A stretch of 64,000 bases of DNA from an uncultured virus (IMG/VR IMGVR_UViG_3300025018_000106). Its lineage: Duplodnaviria; Heunggongvirae; Uroviricota; Caudoviricetes. Where the stretch lies: the IMG/VR virus record IMGVR_UViG_3300025018_000106. The stretch is one strand, 5' to 3'. Under the pieces are notes generated by a model that had not been told where the DNA came from, did not search any database, and saw only the letters and a list, made by a program, of their open reading frames with translations. Numbering within the stretch: position 1 is the first letter of the stretch; each line of letters starts with the position of its first letter. Shown here piece after piece: positions 56,945 through 64,000 of this stretch. The position numbers and the translations under genes were made by a program.

Positions 56945-57415
56945 ATGAAAAAGTCAAACGATATTCAAGAGTTTATTGAACAGAGAAAACTTGCAAAAAG
57001 CGAAAAGCTTGAAAGAAAAACTAATGACTGCTGGAGTGATATTGTCGAAATACAGGAATTACAAGCAAAATGCAAAGGCAAAAAGGTTGCTAAAAAGAAT
57101 TGTCTGAAAAGTTTGAATTTCGATTACACTACAACCGAAGAATGGAATGAACAAATGCTTGCAAATGGTTATGCCGATCCGACTGAAATGTTTCTCGACA
57201 ATGGTTTCAAATTGGTCAAAGGCGAACCTCAAGCGGGCGATATCTCTTGGTTTCAAGAACACCAATTTGCCGGTTTCAAAAGAGAGCGCGAAACGCACGA
57301 TGTCTATTACGACGGCGAGAAATGGATGAAACGAGGCAAGACAAGACATATACCATGCCGCGATTATGAAGTGAAGGATTACATTGCGAGAAATGGAGTA
57401 TTCAGATATGAGTAA
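56945..57415 (+). CDS. hypothetical protein, NlpC/P60-like
   Basis: NDCW...PQAGDI....H pattern; AT-rich; AGGAG RBS. Confidence 0.5.
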   Translation: MKKSNDIQEFIEQRKLAKSEKLERKTNDCWSDIVEIQELQAKCKGKKVAKKNCLKSLNFDYTTTEEWNEQMLANGYADPTEMFLDNGFKLVKGEPQAGDISWFQEHQFAGFKRERETHDVYYDGEKWMKRGKTRHIPCRDYEVKDYIARNGVFRYE

Positions 57416-57785
57416 TCAGGGTTTTTGGCATCCAGATAGAGGATATTGGGAGACGACAGGGCAACCGAAAAGAGAAATCTGGATTCAGTATCCGGAAGGC
57501 ACGATTGAAGTGCCTGTTCGTCCGAATCCTTGGTACGATTGGGACGGTTCACATTGGGTTTTGAATGAGACCAGAGAAGCAGAAGTGCTTTCTATACAAG
57601 TGAGGGCGCAAAGAGACAAATTACTGAAAGATCAGGTCGATCCTCTGGTGACCAATTCACTTCGATGGACTGATTTGACACAGGCGGAAAAAGACGCACT
57701 CACACAATACCGCCGTGATTTGCTTGATATCACAGATCAACCAGGTTTTCCGAGAATGGTGACCTGGCCAACATATCCACTGTAA
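57408..57785 (+). CDS. tail fibre assembly chaperone
   Basis: WDG..WV, VRAQRDKLL, YRRDLLDITDQPGFP..VTWP. Confidence 0.85.
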   Translation: MSNQGFWHPDRGYWETTGQPKREIWIQYPEGTIEVPVRPNPWYDWDGSHWVLNETREAEVLSIQVRAQRDKLLKDQVDPLVTNSLRWTDLTQAEKDALTQYRRDLLDITDQPGFPRMVTWPTYPL

Positions 57786-57795
57786 GGAGACAAAA

Positions 57796-58206
57796 ATGGA
57801 CGTTAAAGAAGCAAGAGATATCGTGAACAAGAAATTTGTCTATGAGGGGGATGGTCGACTTGACGTTTGGGAAGTCCTAGACGTTGACAAAGACAAGATT
57901 CACGGCGATTGTGAAGATTACTCGCTGACCCTTATTTGGGTCGCAGAAAATAGGAACATTCTCAAATTCATCTTCGCTCTGTTGACGATGAAATACATCA
58001 TTTGGTTCGTAAAGACGCCACGCGGCGTCGGCCATGCTATCACCTATGTCCGCAAGGAAGGCAAGTATATCGACAACATCATGAAGGACTTCAAGACAAA
58101 GGACGAATACAAGAAAGCAGGATTCAAGTTTCTGTTTCCTTTCGCGTCTGTTCTGGTCGCGCCGAAGCTGTTTTTCTCTTACACCGTGGGACTACTATTC
58201 AGATGA
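57796..58206 (+). CDS. transglutaminase-like cysteine peptidase (BTLCP-like)
   Basis: D.W.....GDCEDY...GHA...IDN triad pattern. Confidence 0.7.
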   Translation: MDVKEARDIVNKKFVYEGDGRLDVWEVLDVDKDKIHGDCEDYSLTLIWVAENRNILKFIFALLTMKYIIWFVKTPRGVGHAITYVRKEGKYIDNIMKDFKTKDEYKKAGFKFLFPFASVLVAPKLFFSYTVGLLFR

Positions 58207-58424
58207 TACCAAGAGACAAGTTTCTTCACTTCGTTGTCGGACTCGCGATTGTTCTAACACTGCCGCCGTTTGTCGGCGCCGTGTATGCGTTCGTTGTTTG
58301 TTTTATCGCAGCAATCGGAAAAGAAGTTTACGATTCATTCTTTCCAAAGACCAGACACGTTGAAGCGTGGGACGCAATCGCAACCATTTTAGGCGGACTC
58401 GCAGGTATTCCGTTCTTTCTATAA
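58203..58424 (+). CDS. small membrane protein (VanZ/YfiM-like)
   Basis: DKFLHF..G, GKEVYD, WDAIAT.LGG. Confidence 0.7.
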   Translation: MIPRDKFLHFVVGLAIVLTLPPFVGAVYAFVVCFIAAIGKEVYDSFFPKTRHVEAWDAIATILGGLAGIPFFL

Positions 58425-58427
58425 ATA
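58420..58427 (+). promoter_or_regulatory. T4-type late promoter
   Basis: TATAAATA upstream of gp13. Confidence 0.8.
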
Positions 58428-58453
58428 GGTGAAAACCAAGAAGGAAACACGCA

Positions 58454-59197
58454 ATGGCGCAACCAACCACAAGAGACGAATTCCGTGAATGGTGCCTGAG
58501 AAAACTCGGTAAGCCGGTCATTGAAATCAACGTTGACCGCGACCAAGTGGAAGATCGTATTGACGAAGCGTTGTCCTATTACTGGGACTATCACTTCGAC
58601 GGCACAGAAAAGACGTTCTTTCGCAAGCAGGTTACACAAGAGGACAAAGACAACGGATACATCACGATTCCTGAGAACATCATCGGTGTCGTGAACATCT
58701 TTCCGTTGAACCTATCATATCTGTCTCCGACGAACATGTTCAGCGCACAGTATCAATTCGTGCTCAATCACATTCATGAAATTGCATCCTACGAACTGGT
58801 CAACTTCTACATGAGTATGACCCACCTACAATTCATGGAAGAAATCCTGGTTGGTATGCAACCGATTCGTTACAACCGACACATGAACCGTCTACATATT
58901 GACACAGACTGGGATCGTTTGCAAGTGGGTTCTTGGATCGTCGCTGAAGCATACACGATTGTTGATCCGCAGACTTACACTGACGTTTGGAAAGATCGTT
59001 GGTTGCAGAGTTATGCCACGGCAAAGATCAAGTATCAGTGGGGTTCTAACCTGACCAAGTTTACAGGCATGAACCTGCCGGGCAACGTTCAATTCAACGG
59101 CGAACAAATCTTGAATGACGCAAGACAGGAAATCGAAAAACTGGAAGAGGAAATGATTAGCTCATATTCTCTGCCGGTATCAGACATGATTGGATAA
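58454..59197 (+). CDS. gp13: neck protein gp13
   Basis: CLRKLGKPVIEINVD.DQ.EDRIDEAL...YHFDG, WL..YATAKIK.QWG.NL.KF. Confidence 0.93.
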   Translation: MAQPTTRDEFREWCLRKLGKPVIEINVDRDQVEDRIDEALSYYWDYHFDGTEKTFFRKQVTQEDKDNGYITIPENIIGVVNIFPLNLSYLSPTNMFSAQYQFVLNHIHEIASYELVNFYMSMTHLQFMEEILVGMQPIRYNRHMNRLHIDTDWDRLQVGSWIVAEAYTIVDPQTYTDVWKDRWLQSYATAKIKYQWGSNLTKFTGMNLPGNVQFNGEQILNDARQEIEKLEEEMISSYSLPVSDMIG

Positions 59198-59201
59198 TCC
59201 C

Positions 59202-59867
59202 GTGGCCCGCAATTTCTACTTTGAGAACTACCAGAACTCCATGGAGCAAGAGCTCATCGAAAACTTGATCGTTGAATCGATCAAGATTTACGGTGTGGAC
59301 ACATGGTATATGCCCCGCGTTCTGGGTGCGAAAGACGACCTTCTAAACGAGGACGACTTGCCCATCTTCCGTGACGCATACATGCTGGAAATGTATGTGA
59401 AATCTGTTGACGGTTTCGAAGGAGAAGGCGACTTCCTGTCCAAGTTTGGTCTACAGATTCGCGACAGCATGATACTAACCGTCGCGCAACGCATCTTCAA
59501 CCAAGAGGTTGCAGCAAATGACGCACAGATTGCGGTGAGACCTCGCGAAGGCGACTTGATCTACTTTCCGTTGAATGACAAGATTTTCGAAGTCATGCAC
59601 GTTGAACACGAAGCGGTGTTCTATCAATTGGGCAGTCTCCAGACTTACGACCTACGTTGCGAACTATTCGAGTTTTCAAACGAACGGTTCGAAACGGGTT
59701 ACGAGTTTATCGACCTCAAATGGAACGCATTGCGAACGACAACCAACACCGCGATTGCGAATGTGGAGACTGTTGACACACTCGCGGACAACTTCACGAT
59801 TGAGACAGAAGCAGATGCTATTCTTGACTTCTCTGAATCGAATCCATTCGGTGAGGACATTTACTAA
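59202..59867 (+). CDS. gp14: neck protein gp14
   Basis: EQ.L.E.L..ESIKIYG, GFEGEGDFLSKFGL, RP.EGDLIYFP, FYQLG, DFSESNPFG. Confidence 0.93.
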   Translation: MARNFYFENYQNSMEQELIENLIVESIKIYGVDTWYMPRVLGAKDDLLNEDDLPIFRDAYMLEMYVKSVDGFEGEGDFLSKFGLQIRDSMILTVAQRIFNQEVAANDAQIAVRPREGDLIYFPLNDKIFEVMHVEHEAVFYQLGSLQTYDLRCELFEFSNERFETGYEFIDLKWNALRTTTNTAIANVETVDTLADNFTIETEADAILDFSESNPFGEDIY

Positions 59868-60658
59868 TGTATGGCAACGAATTCTACAATGAGACGACAA
59901 GGAAGTATGTGGCTGTTTTCGGCACACACTTCAACGATATCAAGATATCACGCAAAGACGCGGATGGCAACACCGTTCAGCGTATGCAGGTGCCCATCAA
60001 TTACGCGCCGATGCAGAAGCTTCTAGCAAGACTTGAACAAGACCCCGAGTTGGACGCACCAGCGATTACTCTGCCGCGTATGTCGTTTGAAATCATGAAC
60101 ATGGCATACAATCCGGACCGCAAGTTGACCAGTCTAACACGTCTCACGCGCGGGTCCGCCAGCGCAGGCTCTCTCACGACTCAGTATGCGCCGGTACCAT
60201 ATGATATCGAATTTGAGTTGAACATCATGGCGAAATACAACGAGGACGGTATGAAGATTCTGGAACAGATTCTACCGTTCTTTCGACCCGAGGTCACACC
60301 TTCGGTTCAACTTCTAGAAGGTTTCGATCCGGTCGATATTCCGATTGTCTTGAACTCGGTCACGAAAGAGGACGTGTATGAAGGTTCGTTTGAAGAACGT
60401 CGCGCCTTGATCTGGACGCTCAACTTCACGATGAAAGCGTATTTCTTCGGGCCGACGGCAGATAAGAAGATCATCAAGTTTGTCGAAGCGAACGTCTATT
60501 CGTCGCTCGAAACTGACACTCCGTTCCAGCGCGTCACGGTCCAACCAGGTCTGACCGCGAACGGCGAACCGACAACAGACGTAAACAACAGCATTGATTG
60601 GGCTGATATCAGTATTGATGATGATTGGGCCTATATCGTAACGATTGAGTACTTGTAA
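59867..60658 (+). CDS. gp15: tail sheath stabilizer/terminator gp15
   Basis: FGT.FNDI, VP..YAP.QK, LPRMSFE, PVPY.I.FEL, EQILPFF.P. Confidence 0.93.
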   Translation: MYGNEFYNETTRKYVAVFGTHFNDIKISRKDADGNTVQRMQVPINYAPMQKLLARLEQDPELDAPAITLPRMSFEIMNMAYNPDRKLTSLTRLTRGSASAGSLTTQYAPVPYDIEFELNIMAKYNEDGMKILEQILPFFRPEVTPSVQLLEGFDPVDIPIVLNSVTKEDVYEGSFEERRALIWTLNFTMKAYFFGPTADKKIIKFVEANVYSSLETDTPFQRVTVQPGLTANGEPTTDVNNSIDWADISIDDDWAYIVTIEYL

Positions 60659-61089
60659 TGACAGAAGATAAGATTGGTGCGAGCCTGGGTCTGGAACCTA
60701 TGGAAAGCAGTAAGGCAGAAATCATGGAACCCGTCAAGGCAGAAATCCTAAACGACGCGGACCAAGAGAAAGAAAACGACTACCAGTATGCCCGAGAAAA
60801 TTTCTACAACGTGATTGAACGCGGCACACAGGCGCTGGAGGACATGATCGATATCGCGAAAGCGTCCGAACATCCGCGCGCTTACGAGGTCATTGCCACC
60901 ATCATGAAAACACTGGTCGACGCTAACAAAGACCTGGTCACGATGGGACAGAAGAAGCGCGAAAACGACGCGTTGAACAACCGGTCGTCAGAAGAACAAC
61001 CAGGTAAGGTCACGAATAACCTGTTTGTCGGTTCGACAGCAGAGTTGCAACAGATGATAAAGGAAATGCGCCAAAAAGATCAAAAATAA
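60658..61089 (+). CDS. gp16: terminase small subunit gp16
   Basis: DYQYAREN, SEHPRAYEV, NNLFVGSTAELQ. Confidence 0.93.
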   Translation: MTEDKIGASLGLEPMESSKAEIMEPVKAEILNDADQEKENDYQYARENFYNVIERGTQALEDMIDIAKASEHPRAYEVIATIMKTLVDANKDLVTMGQKKRENDALNNRSSEEQPGKVTNNLFVGSTAELQQMIKEMRQKDQK

Positions 61090-61146
61090 ATCGTTCACAA
61101 AGGCAACAAATTACTAAATAGGTATAGAGAAAAAGGAGAAAACTCT

Positions 61147-61767
61147 ATGCCATACACATATCTAATAGGATGGAAAGAAAAGAACCTTTGGTATTACGGC
61201 GTTCGTTATTCAAAGGATTGCGATACTAATGACCTTTGGGAGTCTTACTACACCTCTTCGAAATATGTTCAAAAAGCAAGAGAAAAATACGGCGAACCTG
61301 ATGTAATACAGGTTAGAAAGACGTTCGGTGATGCAAAAAGGGCTATTAAATGGGAAAAAGATGTGTTGCGAAGAATGAACGTTTTGAACAAAGATAATTG
61401 GTTGAACAAAAACATTTCTGGAAGACCTTATATCAAAAAACAAGACGAAGAACACATACGGAAAAGAACACAAAACAAAAATCACCATCCAAATCAAAGA
61501 TATTTCGCTTTAGAGGCTAGTAAAATAGCCGCCGAAAAAAGAAAAGGCAAAAAGGATTCGGAAGAAACCAAAAGAAAAAGAAAAGAGTCCTGGAGAAAAA
61601 CCGTGGAAAAAAATGGCGGAATAAAAATTCCGAAAAGATCAAGATATCTAATAGAAGGAAAAATTTATCTGGGTCTGAAAACGGTTGCAGAAGAATTTGG
61701 TGTTTCGCAACAAACGGTCTGCTCTAGATTGAAAAGTGAAAAATTCCCGAATTGGAGTAAGATATGA
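61147..61767 (+). mobile_element. free-standing homing endonuclease (GIY-YIG/Seg-like, NUMOD3-like repeats)
   Basis: YTYLIG.....WYYGVR, YYTSS, WE..VL, WLN.N; KGKKDSEETKRK; C-terminal HTH; markedly AT-rich; sits between gp16 and gp17. Confidence 0.8.
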
Positions 61768-63425
61768 CAAGATCAATTGACAGGGGATATTTGGGCAATA
61801 CCGCGCTTAAGCGTAAGGGCACGCCTATCGAATTTACTCAGGACATGGTCGCTGAGTATTTGAAGTGTGCGGAAGACCCGATCTACTTTGCCGAGAAATA
61901 TATTCAGATTGTTCACGTTGACCACGGTCTGATACCTATTCAAATGTATGAATATCAGAAGGACATTACAAGGTGTATCACGAAACATCGCCGTGTTGTG
62001 GTGAACACGTCCCGCCAGGCAGGCAAGACGACGACCGCGGTCGCTGTGATTCTACACTACGTCCTATTCAACGACCACAAGACAGTCGCACTACTCGCGA
62101 ACAAGGGTGACGCGGCCCGAGAAATCTTGGACCGTATCAAGATCGCCTACGAAGCTTCGCCTAAGTGGTTGCAACAAGGTGTTGTCGAATGGAACAAGGG
62201 TTCGGTCGAATTCGAGAACGGTTGCAAAATCCTTGCGGCCGCAACATCATCGTCTGCTATCCGTGGTAAGTCGGTTTCGTTTCTATACATTGACGAAACG
62301 GCGTTCGTGGAAAACTGGGACGAATTCTTTGCATCGGTTCTGCCTACTATTTCATCTGGTACCACAACCAAGATGTTGTTCACGTCTACACCAAACGGTC
62401 TGAACCACTTCTACAAGACATGTGAAGGCGCAAAAGAGGTGTCTCTGCCGGAGTTTGGCGAAGAACCTACCCGTGTTGGCAAGAACGGTTTCATCTACAT
62501 CGAAGTGCCTTGGAAAGAAGTGCCAGGTCGCGACGAAGCGTGGAAGAAAGACACACTTGCATCCATGGACTTCGATGTTCAAAAATTCGCACAAGAATTT
62601 GAATGTGAGTTTCTTGGTTCGTCCGGCACGCTTATCGATGGTTCGAAACTCAAGGACCTGGTTATCAAGACGCCTCTTGCGGAACGCGACGGTTTCTCCG
62701 TCTACGAGAACGTCAAAGAAGGTCACACCTACGTTTGTGTGGTCGACGTATCTCGCGGCAAAGGTCTTGACTACTCAGCGTTCCAGGTTATTGACGTAAC
62801 GAGAATGCCGTATCGTCTGGTCTGTTCTTTCCGTGACAATATGGTGACACCAATCGACTACGCCGAATACATCTATCGAACCATCAAGGAATACAATGAC
62901 GCATATGCCTTGATCGAAGTCAACGATATCGGGGAACAGGTCGCAGAACTCTTGCACTTCGACTTTGAGGTTGAGACGCTCATGTTCACCGAGAACGCAG
63001 GTCGGTCCGGCAAGCGAATCTCAGGCGGTTTCGGTCGAAACGTTGACAAGGGTATTCGAACCACCAAATCAGTCAAGGCCATCGGTTGTAACATGCTGAA
63101 GATGATGGTCGAACAAGATCAGCTCATCATCCACGACTTCCACACCATCAACGAACTGTCTACATTCTCGCGAAAGGGCGTCTCATACGAAGCAGAACCT
63201 GGTTGTCATGACGACTTGGTCATGTGTCTTGTGTTGTTCGGTTGGTTGTCTGACCAGAATTTCTTCAAAGAAATTACCGATATCAACACAATGGCGAAAT
63301 TGAAACAGAGAAACGAAGAGCAGATGGAAGAAAGCATGTTGCCTCTCGGATTCTCCGTCAACAACGAAATGTTCGATGAACCAGAGATTCCACAGCGAAT
63401 CGTGGATTCTTGGTTCAACTACTAA
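61764..63425 (+). CDS. gp17: terminase large subunit gp17
   Basis: SRQAGKTT, LYIDETAF, STPNGLNHFY, F.QEFEC.FLGS, DVSRGKGLDYS, HDDLVM. Confidence 0.96.
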   Translation: MTRSIDRGYLGNTALKRKGTPIEFTQDMVAEYLKCAEDPIYFAEKYIQIVHVDHGLIPIQMYEYQKDITRCITKHRRVVVNTSRQAGKTTTAVAVILHYVLFNDHKTVALLANKGDAAREILDRIKIAYEASPKWLQQGVVEWNKGSVEFENGCKILAAATSSSAIRGKSVSFLYIDETAFVENWDEFFASVLPTISSGTTTKMLFTSTPNGLNHFYKTCEGAKEVSLPEFGEEPTRVGKNGFIYIEVPWKEVPGRDEAWKKDTLASMDFDVQKFAQEFECEFLGSSGTLIDGSKLKDLVIKTPLAERDGFSVYENVKEGHTYVCVVDVSRGKGLDYSAFQVIDVTRMPYRLVCSFRDNMVTPIDYAEYIYRTIKEYNDAYALIEVNDIGEQVAELLHFDFEVETLMFTENAGRSGKRISGGFGRNVDKGIRTTKSVKAIGCNMLKMMVEQDQLIIHDFHTINELSTFSRKGVSYEAEPGCHDDLVMCLVLFGWLSDQNFFKEITDINTMAKLKQRNEEQMEESMLPLGFSVNNEMFDEPEIPQRIVDSWFNY

Positions 63426-63442
63426 TGCCAAGGTGCCTATTT

Positions 63443-63450
63443 TATAAATA
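63443..63450 (+). promoter_or_regulatory. T4-type late promoter
   Basis: TATAAATA upstream of gp18. Confidence 0.8.
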
Positions 63451-63497
63451 GATCAGACAAGATTTGAAATCTGTAATCATAGGCAAGGAGTATTCAA

Positions 63498-64000
63498 ATG
63501 GCTTTTCAACTTAGCCCAGGCGTGAACGTTAGCGAAATTGACCTAACGACCGTTGTGCCGGCAGTGGGCACTACGGAAGGCGCGATTGCAGGTGTGTTCC
63601 GTTGGGGTCCAACACTAGAACGCATCCTGGTTTCTTCCGAAGTAGAACTTGTTTCTCGCTTTGGTGAACCATATGCGAACACGACATGGCAGAACTACGA
63701 GACATGGTTTGCTGCGGCAAACTTCCTGTCTTACAGCGACGCTCTATATGTTGTCCGCGTTGACAACGGCGCAAACACCGCAACAGCAACAAACTTCGAC
63801 GCTGCGTATGCAGGCGCACTCGGTAACTCTCTGAAGGTTTCCTTCTGCGACTCCGCTTCCTTCGCTGAAGCAAACAGCGGCGGAGTATCGCTGTCAATCA
63901 ACGCATCAAGCAATACAGGCACTTTCGCGTCCAACAACGTCACTGTTGAAGTAGGCGATATCGTCAAGATTGGCAACCAAGAACTGCTAGTCACCGAAGC
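63498..64000 (+). CDS. gp18: tail sheath protein gp18, 3'-partial
   Basis: My translation: MAFQLSPGVNVSEIDLTTVVPAVGTTEGAIAGVFRWGP...FGEP...WFAAANFLSY; AAGGAG RBS. Confidence 0.93.
   Translation, partial: MAFQLSPGVNVSEIDLTTVVPAVGTTEGAIAGVFRWGPTLERILVSSEVELVSRFGEPYANTTWQNYETWFAAANFLSYSDALYVVRVDNGANTATATNFDAAYAGALGNSLKVSFCDSASFAEANSGGVSLSINASSNTGTFASNNVTVEVGDIVKIGNQELLVTE

Noticed and set aside
57350..57370. PCRDY as another bilin-binding motif
   Set aside because: It is C-R-D rather than C-x-R-D and lacks the downstream helix and GG pattern.
52535..57415. Diversity-generating retroelement or invertible fibre cassette
   Set aside because: No reverse transcriptase, invertase or TR/VR-like nucleotide repeat seen in this window.
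61090..61767. Group I intron or intein associated with the terminase
   Set aside because: gp16 and gp17 both look complete and uninterrupted and the spacers are too short for an intron core; the endonuclease is free-standing.
1..64000. CRISPR array, rRNA, canonical tRNAs, alternative genetic code
   Set aside because: No regularly spaced direct repeats or such RNA genes seen; core genes translate full-length with the standard code and use TAA, TGA and TAG as stops.

Overview
A 64-kb segment of a large T4-like myophage genome. The host is most likely an alphaproteobacterium, inferred from a permuted two-piece tmRNA. The left ~10 kb holds a vWA/MoxR-AAA (CobT/CobS-like) pair, a SleB-like hydrolase, a P-loop kinase, a DUF1289-heme oxygenase-PcyX bilin biosynthesis cluster, the tmRNA and gp33/gp59/gp32. 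The rest is the morphogenesis region: tape measure, gp51/gp26, gp54, gp2, gp4, gp48, gp53, hub, a split gp5, gp25, gp6-gp8, a VrlC-like protein, a ~16-kb accessory virion cassette, tail fibres, gp13-gp17 with a free-standing homing endonuclease, and the start of gp18. The most striking observation is that a late-expressed putative virion protein (36646..40644) carries two tandem domains with the phycobiliprotein chromophore-attachment signature (KCxRD...GG at phycocyanin-alpha spacing), in a genome that also encodes HemO and PcyX. This suggests a phage-made, bilin-chromophorylated virion protein. Other notable items are a probable lambda G/GT-like -1 frameshift joining gp26 to gp51 upstream of the tape measure, a plant-receptor-like LRR protein, a long structured tmRNA intervening segment, and a kinase with a T4-like capsid-targeting leader. 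All assignments come from motif recognition and synteny by eye; no database searches were run.
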